Positions 32,138 through 40,475 of a stretch of DNA of 64,000 bases are shown one piece after another (the first letter of the stretch is position 1; each line of letters begins with the position of its first letter). The notes beneath the pieces are model-generated. The model saw only the letters and a list, made by a program, of their open reading frames with translations, searched no databases and was not told the origin of the DNA. The translations under genes were made by a program, and so were the position numbers. Source of the DNA: Candidatus Saccharimonadia bacterium (GTDB lineage: Bacteria > Patescibacteriota > Saccharimonadia > UBA4664); the NCBI GenBank assembly GCA_041743505.1, contig JBGTMQ010000017.1, positions 15,680-79,679 on the forward strand. The letters are read 5' to 3'.

Positions 32138-32225
32138 ACGCGTCAAGCAATGCTCCGTCGTCAGCGGGGCATTGTTTTACTAGAACAACGTAGACCCAGA
32201 ACTCCATACACGTTAGGCTAGAACC

Positions 32226-32438
32226 ATGCCAAAACCACCTGTCGATCCACTACGAGCCAGGATGCTCGAGTACGTCCAAGAACTCATGGAGCGCAGCGCC
32301 CAACTGCGCGACTACGCCGCTACACCCGGCAACGCCTGGCTCGCCAAAAGTGAGCTGCAAACCATTAGCCAGCTCACCAGCGAACTAGATTCCCTCCTCG
32401 AAGACATCAAACAAGCCGACACCGAAAACGGCTACTAA
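32226..32438 (+). CDS. Small helical hypothetical protein
   Basis: TAGGCT 6 nt before ATG; 70 aa. Confidence 0.55.
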   Translation: MPKPPVDPLRARMLEYVQELMERSAQLRDYAATPGNAWLAKSELQTISQLTSELDSLLEDIKQADTENGY

Positions 32439-32476
32439 CCTACCCCACCCTCAAGCAAATCCCAGCTTTCCGCTTT

Positions 32477-32611
32477 GAAAAAGGGAAATTGTTTCTGTAC
32501 AAGCGGAAGTGTTGGCGACCAGCTAAATAACGCAATAAATTCTCTCGTAATACTATCGTTGACCTCGGCAAAGTCACAGCTTGCCGCTGTACAGAACAAT
32601 TTCCCTTTTTC
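32477..32611. repeat. Imperfect ~32-bp inverted repeat enclosing ~70 bp
   Basis: gaaaaagggaaattgtttctgtacaagcggaag ... cttgccgctgtacagaacaatttccctttttc. Confidence 0.7.
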
Positions 32612-32658
32612 TGTCCCAGGCAAAGACGCAGCTTGCCGCGATGCGAAAAACATTCCCT

Positions 32659-33597
32659 TTATCTGTCTTTACTAGCCGTCGCCACCCGGTAAACCAACTG
32701 CTCCACTGCCGCTTCAGGCTTCAACCGGCCTGATTTTATGTCAAACTCACACTCAGCCGCCGCCCGGTAGGCGTTCACGAGCGTAGCCTGGCTATGACGG
32801 CGATGGCTGCTCAGCATCTTGCCCGCCACAAACGGAGACATGCCGGCCGCTTTAGCCAGCTCTGATTGTGACAACCCAGGAGCAGTTTTGGCCAATAACA
32901 AGTTACGCAATTGCCACTGAACCATGGTCAAAATGTATAGCTCGTTCTCCCGGTTAGCCAGCAGGTTACGGTAACCAACCAGGGCCGCGTCAGTACGGCC
33001 TGCCGTCATTGCCTCCACCATATCAAACACCGACTGGTCGATACTCGGCGCCACCAACTTGCGCACCGTTTCCACCGTAACCACCGGATCATAATTGACC
33101 AGCTTGCCGATCTCGCCGGACAGCCGCCATTGGTCGCCCCCGGTAAGGTCCAGCAACTCTTGCAGCATCCGGCGGTCAGCCTGGCCACCAATACGCTCGG
33201 TCTCAGCCTTAGCCCAAGCCAATAGCTGTGGTACCGGCAGCGGATCAAATTTAACCACTTTATCGGCCCGGCTCAACGCCTTAAACAAAGCCGTCCGCTG
33301 GTCAATGCTCTGTTCCACGAACACCGCCACAGTGCTACTCGGAACCGCCGAAAGCATGGCCGCCAATTTCTCACTTATGGCTTTATTGAGAGATAAATCC
33401 TCCACAATTACCAAACGGCTAGTCGCCATAAACGGCGCTGCCTGCAACGTCGCCACTAGCTCACGCGGTTTCACATTAGAGCCATTAACCCGCTCCAGCC
33501 CGATATCCGAACCCGTCTTAGCCTTATAGGCCTCCATCATTTGGCTCAGCTGATGGCGCAAAGCATAGGTATTTGGCCCGTAAAAGAAAAACGTCAT
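32659..33597 (-). CDS. holA: DNA polymerase III delta subunit
   Basis: FFYGPN start, APFMATSRLVIV, EIGKL, VFDMVEA, IKSG. Confidence 0.9.
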   Translation of the reverse strand: MTFFFYGPNTYALRHQLSQMMEAYKAKTGSDIGLERVNGSNVKPRELVATLQAAPFMATSRLVIVEDLSLNKAISEKLAAMLSAVPSSTVAVFVEQSIDQRTALFKALSRADKVVKFDPLPVPQLLAWAKAETERIGGQADRRMLQELLDLTGGDQWRLSGEIGKLVNYDPVVTVETVRKLVAPSIDQSVFDMVEAMTAGRTDAALVGYRNLLANRENELYILTMVQWQLRNLLLAKTAPGLSQSELAKAAGMSPFVAGKMLSSHRRHSQATLVNAYRAAAECEFDIKSGRLKPEAAVEQLVYRVATASKDR

Positions 33598-34475
33598 ACC
33601 AAATCAAGCTTCTGACACATAGGGCAAACGTGCGTACCCCGGCCGGCCACGCGAATCTTTTCAATCAACGTTCCGCAAACTGGACATGGCTGCCCCTCCC
33701 GGCGAAATACCCGGGCATTCTCTAAATAATCACCCTTACCACCCAGCGAGTTAACATAATGGGCAAAACTCGTGCCGCCATGCTCAATGCCCAGCCCCAT
33801 AATCTCCCGGACAGCCGCATGCAGCCGCTTATTCTCAGCAGCCGTCAGCGAACCAGCCAACCGCCGCGGATGCAGTTTGGCCAGGTGCAATGATTCATCA
33901 GCATAAATATTGCCAATCCCCGCCACCACCGCCTGGTCCAAAATCACCGGCTTAACCGGTGCTCGCTTATGCCGCTCCAATTGAGACTGTAAATACGTCA
34001 CGCTAAACGCATCCGACAATACTTCCGGCCCCAACCGCGACACCAACGTATCAAGTTCAACCTCAGCCGTCGGCACCAGTTTAATCCAACCGAACTTACG
34101 CTGGTCATTAAAATACAGCACGTCACCCGAAGTCAGCCGGAAAATCACCCGTGTCGACACGTCCGGCAGCTCGCTGGCCATGCTCTCGGTCGGATGTCCC
34201 CCGGCCATACGCACGCCATCGGCTTTCACCAGCACCATCTGGCCGGTCATCTTGAGGTGAAACAGCAGCGAGTAGCCATTATCCAGATCAATTATCAAGA
34301 CCTTAGCCCGCCGGCTTACCCGGATAATCCGCGCCCCAGGCATAATCTGCTCCCGCAAGACCTGCGGCATCTGAAAGCTCCTCTCCCACAATACCTCAAT
34401 ATCCGACACTCTCTGGTCCACCACCTCCCGCTCCAAACCGCGCCTGATTGTCTCAACCTCCGGCCCTTCCGGCAT
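33594..34475 (-). CDS. mutM: Formamidopyrimidine-DNA glycosylase
   Basis: MPEGPEVE, HLKMTG, DQRKFG, GIGNIYADE, C-terminal zinc finger. Confidence 0.97.
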   Translation of the reverse strand: MPEGPEVETIRRGLEREVVDQRVSDIEVLWERSFQMPQVLREQIMPGARIIRVSRRAKVLIIDLDNGYSLLFHLKMTGQMVLVKADGVRMAGGHPTESMASELPDVSTRVIFRLTSGDVLYFNDQRKFGWIKLVPTAEVELDTLVSRLGPEVLSDAFSVTYLQSQLERHKRAPVKPVILDQAVVAGIGNIYADESLHLAKLHPRRLAGSLTAAENKRLHAAVREIMGLGIEHGGTSFAHYVNSLGGKGDYLENARVFRREGQPCPVCGTLIEKIRVAGRGTHVCPMCQKLDLV

Positions 34476-34533
34476 CCCCAAAACCTCGTTACGCTAATTA
34501 GTATAGGGCATCAACAAATTATCAACCCCAACA

Positions 34534-34623
34534 TTGACAAATCAATCAGGATATGCCAATATAATAATGATATCCGGTTTTCGGACATCGCACCCGACAA
34601 ATCACCCGATATGATCCTGGAGG
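34534..34623 (+). promoter_or_regulatory. Promoter plus conserved 5' leader, copy 1
   Basis: TTGACA-17-(TGc)CAATAT; hairpin gatatccg..cggacatc; ccgacaaatcacccg (34594-34608); GGAGG SD. Confidence 0.8.
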
Positions 34624-34625
34624 TC

Positions 34626-34928
34626 ATGGTGAACGCTCAAACCGATGTATCGGGCAGCTCTACAACCAAGAGCCAGCCCAAACCAGTGTACAAAGCCAGT
34701 ATCTGCTCCTGGGCCGTCGTATTCTGGATGGTGCTGTTATTGGTCAGCTCCCTCACAATCGACCAATATCTCGCCCTCTACGTGTGGCTGGCAACCGGTA
34801 TTGTATTCCTCTACACAACCGGCCTGTGTGTGATAATCATCAGACACATCGACTTCCGCTCGCAGTACCCAGTCACCAGCTCACCTGCGACAGAGCCGCC
34901 GGCCTCAACAACCACCACGGAAAGCTAA
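34626..34928 (+). CDS. Small 2-TM membrane protein (cassette 1 cargo)
   Basis: Starts after GGAGG; two hydrophobic segments with S/T/P-rich termini. Confidence 0.7.
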   Translation: MVNAQTDVSGSSTTKSQPKPVYKASICSWAVVFWMVLLLVSSLTIDQYLALYVWLATGIVFLYTTGLCVIIIRHIDFRSQYPVTSSPATEPPASTTTTES

Positions 34929-34937
34929 TCTCAGCCT

Positions 34938-35066
34938 CACAGGCAAGCGGCCCAAGAAACCTGACCGGGACATCCCGCATCAGTCCGCTTGCCTCCGGGT
35001 GATTTGTCGGTACCTTAGTCAAATGTATATTTTGGCCTGACGAGTCCTAAAGGACGAAAAGGTACC
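34938..35066 (+). repeat. 129-bp direct repeat, copy 1 (3' RNA module)
   Basis: 128/129 identical to 35817-35945. Confidence 0.97.
35009..35066 (+). ncRNA. Type III hammerhead ribozyme, copy 1 (predicted cut after A35017)
   Basis: GGUACCU-UA / stem I GUCAAA-UGUAUAU-UUUGGC / CUGACGA / stem II GUCC-UAAA-GGAC / GAAA / AGGUACC. Confidence 0.93.
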
Positions 35067-35083
35067 ATTCACAGCCACAGAAG

Positions 35084-35173
35084 TTGACAAATCAAACAGC
35101 TTGTGCTAAAATAATAAAGATATCCGATCCTCGGACATCGCAACCCGACAAATCACCCGATATGATCCTGGAG
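35084..35173 (+). promoter_or_regulatory. Promoter plus conserved 5' leader, copy 2
   Basis: TTGACA-17-(TGc)TAAAAT; same leader with ccgacaaatcacccg (35145-35159) and GGAG. Confidence 0.85.
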
Positions 35174-35179
35174 AGCATC

Positions 35180-35482
35180 GTGACTGCCAAGACATCAAAA
35201 TCAGGCAACGATCAGCCGGCAAACAACCATGAAGGTAGGTTCTTCGTTGCAATGGGAATCGGCTTGTGGATTATGAGCGTCTTTCTGTACATAAGAACCG
35301 GCATGGACGAACTCAGCCTTGAGGCGCTCGTGAAAACCACCACCGGCTGCGTAGTTCTCGCATCAGGAGGGATTATCCTGGTCGTAATCGGCGCCGCTCT
35401 TGGGATACTGAGCCGCATCGACTCTGCGGTGGCAAAGTTGACCACAACAGACACCGCTCCCGCGCCCGACAGCAAAAGCTGA
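35180..35482 (+). CDS. Small 2-TM membrane protein (cassette 2 cargo a)
   Basis: GTG start after GGAG; two hydrophobic segments. Confidence 0.7.
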   Translation: MTAKTSKSGNDQPANNHEGRFFVAMGIGLWIMSVFLYIRTGMDELSLEALVKTTTGCVVLASGGIILVVIGAALGILSRIDSAVAKLTTTDTAPAPDSKS

Positions 35483-35514
35483 CACCGGACACACCCCGAC
35501 CAGGAGGTCATAGG

Positions 35515-35805
35515 ATGACTGCCCCAGCCACCACTCCCGGCAACAAGCAGCTCAATCAATGCGTATGGACGCTAAGCGTCGGAATAGGCCTGTTGGTCTT
35601 TAACACCATTCTCAGCGCAGCTGTCGCATTCCAGGTCGAAGATTGGCAGATGGCCATAAAGTTCCTGGGCATCCAGTTTAGCCTGCTTTCCCTCGGAGTT
35701 CTTCTGGTCACAATCGCCGCGGTTCTCTACTTCGCCGGTAAACAAGCCCCACTGGCGGCAGACACCGGGACGGTTCCTACACCAGCAGAGACCACCGGCG
35801 CCTAA
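35515..35805 (+). CDS. Small 2-TM membrane protein (cassette 2 cargo b)
   Basis: AGGAGG SD; similar layout to cargo a. Confidence 0.7.
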   Translation: MTAPATTPGNKQLNQCVWTLSVGIGLLVFNTILSAAVAFQVEDWQMAIKFLGIQFSLLSLGVLLVTIAAVLYFAGKQAPLAADTGTVPTPAETTGA

Positions 35806-35816
35806 CCCTCCAACCA

Positions 35817-35945
35817 CACAGGCAAGCGGCCCAAGAAACCTGACCGGGACATCCCGCATCAGTCCGCTTGCCTCCGGGTGATTTGTCGGTACCTTAGTCA
35901 AATGTATATTTTGGCCTGATGAGTCCTAAAGGACGAAAAGGTACC
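35817..35945 (+). repeat. 129-bp direct repeat, copy 2 (3' RNA module)
   Basis: 128/129 identical to 34938-35066. Confidence 0.97.
35888..35945 (+). ncRNA. Type III hammerhead ribozyme, copy 2 (predicted cut after A35896)
   Basis: Same as copy 1 but core CUGAUGA. Confidence 0.93.
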
Positions 35946-36059
35946 CCTTCTAGCATATGACCAATATTAGTCCGCTCAGCAAGCAGTTTGCTCGCCATAC
36001 TGCCCAATGTTCTCGTCATGCCAAGACGACTACTGTATAGAAGTTAAGGAGAGGATCTT

Positions 36060-36278
36060 ATGGCAAGTGACAGTGAGAGTATTAGCCCGGCCGAAGCCCA
36101 AAAAGCGCTTGCAGGCATTAGTTTTCCTGCCGAAAAGCAGGACTTAGTGGAGCGCGCCAAGGAAAATGACGCTGATGAGCGCGTCATGGACTTCCTGGAG
36201 CGCATTCCAGATCGGGAATATGAAGGTGTAACCGATGTATCAAAAGAGATCGGTCGTCAAGACCGGGAATCGTCTTAA
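36060..36278 (+). CDS. DUF2795-like small protein
   Basis: LAGISFPAEKQDLVERA...LERIPDREY. Confidence 0.8.
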   Translation: MASDSESISPAEAQKALAGISFPAEKQDLVERAKENDADERVMDFLERIPDREYEGVTDVSKEIGRQDRESS

Positions 36279-36295
36279 ACAAAAAGTGCAGGTAC

Positions 36296-36331
36296 AAACA
36301 GGGCGGCCCTCCTAGGTCGCCCTGTTTTTTT
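36296..36331 (+). terminator. Intrinsic terminator
   Basis: aaacagggcggcc...ggtcgccctg followed by a T tract. Confidence 0.75.
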
Positions 36332-36382
36332 GATACAATAAAAACAAATAAGCATTAGGACTTAGGAGCTAGAAGCACCACC

Positions 36383-36730
36383 ATGGCCAAATCCTCCATC
36401 CGCAAAATTCCGTTTAGCCGTTTCGTGGTTGTGGCAAGTGCCGGCCTCGTGGGCTTTTTAGCTTTCTGGCAAGCTTTTTTCTCATTTACAGGCTACCGGC
36501 CGTGCGCCCTTCAAAATCCCGACTACGTCATACCGCCTAACCCCAACGCCGCCATAACCGAACTGGGTATATGCATCATAGCCATGGTTGTCCTGTTTTG
36601 GGGTGCCAAACGGTTACGCACCAACTTCCCCGAAGGTTTCTTCGGCTACAGCATGGTCGTCGTAAACCTTCTCATCGGTGAAGGCTTACTGGCCTTTGTC
36701 TTCTTGCGGTTATCAACCTGCGCCGGCTAG
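36383..36730 (+). CDS. Hypothetical membrane protein
   Basis: AGGAG SD; three hydrophobic segments. Confidence 0.6.
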   Translation: MAKSSIRKIPFSRFVVVASAGLVGFLAFWQAFFSFTGYRPCALQNPDYVIPPNPNAAITELGICIIAMVVLFWGAKRLRTNFPEGFFGYSMVVVNLLIGEGLLAFVFLRLSTCAG

Positions 36731-36732
36731 CT

Positions 36733-39522
36733 CTACAACTCGCCCCAATGCCGGCCAATCGCCGTATCCACCGCCAACGGCACACCCAAATCAATTATCC
36801 CACTCATCGTCTCTTGCATCAGCCGGGCCACTTCCTCGCCTTTTTCGACCGGTGACTCCACGATCAGCTCATCATGAATCTGTAACAATAATTTCGAATC
36901 CGCATCGAGCTTAGCAGCCAGCTCTATCATGGCCAGTTTATAAATATCCGCCGCCGTACCCTGAATTGGCACGTTTACAGCCATCCGCTCAGCCCCGGAC
37001 CTTATCTGAAAATTATTCGACCGGATTTCCGGACAAGCCCGCCGCCGCCCAAATAACGTCGCTATATATTGGTTGTCATAAGCAAACTTCTTGGTCACCT
37101 CAATATAATCTTTAAGCTTGGGACGCATCTCAAAATAACGCCCGATAAACTCAGCTGCCGCCTTGCCATCCATGCCCGTAGCCACGCTCAAACCATGTGC
37201 ACTCATGCCATACAACACACCAAAGTTAATGGTTTTAGCCGCATACCGCTGCTCCTTGGTCACTGCATCCAGCGGCACACTAAACAGCTCGGCCGCCGTC
37301 TGCTGATGCAGGTCAATACCGGTCCTAAACGTCTCCAGCATGGCCTCGTCCCCAGACAGCGCCGCCGCCACGCGCAGCTCAATCTGCGAATAGTCCGCAC
37401 TCACCAGCACCCGTGACCTAGGCGCCACGAACGCCGTCCGAATCTCCCGGCCCAGCTCAGTCCGCACCGGTATGTTCATCAAATTCGGGTTCGATGAACT
37501 CAGACGCCCCGTCTGCGCAATCACCTGCGAAAAACTCGTATGCACGCGCCCATCTACACCAACCTCTTCAGGCAAGGCCGTTACATATGTATTCATCAGT
37601 TTATCCAGCTCGCGGTATTCCATAATGAGCTCGATAATCGGATGCAAATCCCGCATCCGCTCCAACTCACCCACCGCCGTCGAGTAGCCGGTTTTGCCTT
37701 TCTTCACGCCCACGGTACTCAAACCAAGCCGCCCATACAAAATCTGACCCAATTGTGCCGGGGAAGCCAGGTTAAACTCCTCACCGGCCAGATCATACAC
37801 CTTGCCCTTCAGCTCGCCAATCCGCGCACTCAGCCGTCCACCCAGCCGCTCGAGATAACCTTTATCAAGCTCAATTCCAGCGATCTCCATCTCACCAAGA
37901 ACCGAAATAATCGGCCACTCAACTTCACTTGCCAGTCGCTCCATGTTCCAGCCGTACTCGTTTACCTGGCCTGCATGTTGCTTCAGCTCATCCCGCAGCT
38001 TCACATACAGCCGCCAGGCCATATCCGCATCCTCAGCCGCATACGTCGTAGCGTGCTCAATCAGCGTCTTGTCAAACGTCACCTGCGTCTTCTTATCCGC
38101 TCCGATCAGTTCCGAGATTGGAATCATCTCCACATCCAGCTCGTTATATGCCAGGTCCGCCAAAGACTGCGCCCGGCCGATCGAGTTCAACAAAAACGCC
38201 GCAATCATCGTGTCAAACACGATCCCCTGCATCCGCACCCCATGCCGCCGCATCACTTCATAATCAAACTTTATATTATGCCCCGTCTTACCAATCTTCG
38301 AGTTCTCGAACAGCGGCTTCAGTTTCCGGATCACCTCGTCCCGCTTCAGCTGCGTACCCTCGGTGTGACCCACCGGAATGTAATAAGCTTCTGCTTCTTT
38401 AAATGACACGCTCACACCCACCAGGTTCACGCTCAACGTATCCAGCGAATCCGTCTCCGTATCAAACGCAAACACCTCCTGCTGCTCCAGTTGTCCGATC
38501 AACACCTCCAGCTTACCCATATCCGTAATAGCGTCATATTTCACGCTAGCCAGATGCGTCCGCTCGCGCTTAACTGTCGGCGCACCCGAATCATCAAACA
38601 GTGTTGGTATCGCCGGCTCCACCCCAGCCGCAACCCCGCCGTTCACGCGCATATCCGGCGGCAATTTAGCTAGTAAACTCCGAAAATCCAGCCGGTGAAA
38701 CAGCTTCGTTACATGCTCGCGGTCAAAATGCCCCACCCGCGCCGGTTCCAGCTCCAGCTTAATCGGTGCGTCACACACAATCACGCTCAGCTTGCGGCTT
38801 AAATAAGCCATATCCTTATTCACACGCAACTTGTCACCGGTACTCCCGGCAATCTCATCAATGTGCTCATAAATCCCATCCAGCGTCTTATATACCGCCA
38901 ATAACTTCCGCGCCCCCACGTCCCCAATACCTGCTACACCCGGGATATTGTCGCTCTTATCGCCAATCAGCGCCTTATAATCAATAAATTGCTGCGGCGT
39001 CAGCCCGTATTTTTCCTGCATTTTGGCCAGATCATACCGCGTCGGCTCCAAGCCACGCGGATTAAACATATCTACCACCGTTTGCTTATCCACCAGTTGC
39101 AACTGGTCCTTGTCGCCGGTCGCGATCACAATATCCAGGTCACCTCGCTCCTCCGCCTGCCGCGCCAACGTCCCAATAATATCGTCCGCCTCGTAGTTCT
39201 CCAACTCAATCCACGGGAGGTTCAACGCCTCCACCAGCTCCCGCGTTGCCGGAATCTGCGCATACAAATCATCCGGCTGTTTTTTTCGCGTTGCCTTATA
39301 TTCCGGATACATTTCATTCCGAAACGTCTTCGACGACTTGTCCCACGTTACAATCACGTACTCCGGATTCAGGCCCTGAATCACCTTCAACATAATGTTT
39401 GTAAAACCCAGCACCGCATTCGTCGGCAAGCCTTCTCTATTCGATAAAGGCGGAATAGCATGATAACCGCGGTGAAATACCGCTGAACCGTCCACCAACA
39501 CCAACAATGGCTTTTTACTCAT
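36733..39522 (-). CDS. polA: DNA polymerase I
   Basis: 5' nuclease (YEADDIIG, GDKSDNIPGV), FDTET exonuclease, TGRLSSSNPNL, DYSQIELR, QIHDEL. Confidence 0.99.
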   Translation of the reverse strand: MSKKPLLVLVDGSAVFHRGYHAIPPLSNREGLPTNAVLGFTNIMLKVIQGLNPEYVIVTWDKSSKTFRNEMYPEYKATRKKQPDDLYAQIPATRELVEALNLPWIELENYEADDIIGTLARQAEERGDLDIVIATGDKDQLQLVDKQTVVDMFNPRGLEPTRYDLAKMQEKYGLTPQQFIDYKALIGDKSDNIPGVAGIGDVGARKLLAVYKTLDGIYEHIDEIAGSTGDKLRVNKDMAYLSRKLSVIVCDAPIKLELEPARVGHFDREHVTKLFHRLDFRSLLAKLPPDMRVNGGVAAGVEPAIPTLFDDSGAPTVKRERTHLASVKYDAITDMGKLEVLIGQLEQQEVFAFDTETDSLDTLSVNLVGVSVSFKEAEAYYIPVGHTEGTQLKRDEVIRKLKPLFENSKIGKTGHNIKFDYEVMRRHGVRMQGIVFDTMIAAFLLNSIGRAQSLADLAYNELDVEMIPISELIGADKKTQVTFDKTLIEHATTYAAEDADMAWRLYVKLRDELKQHAGQVNEYGWNMERLASEVEWPIISVLGEMEIAGIELDKGYLERLGGRLSARIGELKGKVYDLAGEEFNLASPAQLGQILYGRLGLSTVGVKKGKTGYSTAVGELERMRDLHPIIELIMEYRELDKLMNTYVTALPEEVGVDGRVHTSFSQVIAQTGRLSSSNPNLMNIPVRTELGREIRTAFVAPRSRVLVSADYSQIELRVAAALSGDEAMLETFRTGIDLHQQTAAELFSVPLDAVTKEQRYAAKTINFGVLYGMSAHGLSVATGMDGKAAAEFIGRYFEMRPKLKDYIEVTKKFAYDNQYIATLFGRRRACPEIRSNNFQIRSGAERMAVNVPIQGTAADIYKLAMIELAAKLDADSKLLLQIHDELIVESPVEKGEEVARLMQETMSGIIDLGVPLAVDTAIGRHWGEL

Positions 39523-39659
39523 ATACCCATTGTAAGCCCATCCGACGCGAGGGCCCAAATCAACCATAACAAAAAACCCGTGGAGAAGCAGTTGCTAGCA
39601 ACCCCTCCACGGATTAGACACCGGCAAACTAGGTTGCTTGTGTCAGCCTATGCGTTGCG

Positions 39660-40061
39660 TCAGCGAACACCTATTCGCCTCGAACACGTTGGCCACGCTT
39701 TCCAGCCTTGGCCTTTCTTGCCATCGTGCCCGTTAAGTATCCGTTGAGCAACGACAATCTGATTAGAGCGGGAAGTCTGGTTAGGGTAGGCCGCAAACTG
39801 GCGTCCCCCATAGTAATTCCAGGTCGACTTACTGATCTGGAGGCCACCATAATAGCCATTACCGGAATTAATCTTCCAGTTCCCGCTTGACTCACATCTA
39901 GCCAGGCGATCCCAGACAGAACTATTCCCGCCCGCCTGCGCTGTGTCATGCTTCGGCGCCGCCACTGCGGCAGCCGGAGATAGTGCCATAAGCGCAACCA
40001 CCAAAAGCGCGCTCACAACCACACCGACACCTGCGCGTAGAATTCGAAGCACGAGGTTCAC
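39660..40061 (-). CDS. Secreted resuscitation-promoting factor (Rpf-type lytic transglycosylase)
   Basis: Signal peptide; WDRLARCESSGNW.INSGNGYYGGLQ....W...GG; QG..AWPTC. Confidence 0.92.
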   Translation of the reverse strand: MNLVLRILRAGVGVVVSALLVVALMALSPAAAVAAPKHDTAQAGGNSSVWDRLARCESSGNWKINSGNGYYGGLQISKSTWNYYGGRQFAAYPNQTSRSNQIVVAQRILNGHDGKKGQGWKAWPTCSRRIGVR

Positions 40062-40240
40062 TCCCTCGCTCGCGACCGCTCACTTTAGAGCAGCCTGGAA
40101 ATCAAACCAAACCGGTTTGGTACCAGACGCATCTCCCTTCGACTCAAGGTACCCCGCAAGAATAACAATTATCATAAGCTTGTCAATAACGTACATAAGC
40201 AACTGACAATTCTATATCTGTTATTACAAATTTACAAAGA

Positions 40241-40452
40241 TTAATATTCCGACTCGTTGGTATATTTACGGCCACTACCGCCGTAGCGCTGAGCCATTTC
40301 ACGGTATTGGTCGTAGTCCGCCATAACCTCGGGATTTAAAGCCCAGAGAAAATCACCCAATGAGACAGCCCAGCTTGCTCCATCAAAAGCGCGGCATTAC
40401 TCCGGTATTCAAAATCACGAGCAGCCCGGCCTGTTTCTGGTTTAGTACTCAT
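40241..40452 (-). pseudogene. Possible frameshifted small ORF
   Basis: MSTKPETG... frame stops early; another frame continues FDGASWAVSLGDFLWALNPEV...SEY*; span 212 nt. Confidence 0.3.
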
Positions 40453-40475
40453 ATTCTCAAGCATACCAGAAGCGG

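Noticed and set aside
34938-35945. 129-bp repeats as IS ends or plain terminators
   Set aside because: Direct rather than inverted, no transposase, no U tract after the hairpin; the hammerhead consensus explains the 3' half.
40062-40190. c-di-AMP (ydaO) riboswitch ahead of the rpf gene
   Set aside because: A TTGACA-17-TATTCT promoter and small hairpins are present, but the conserved ydaO segments were not found.
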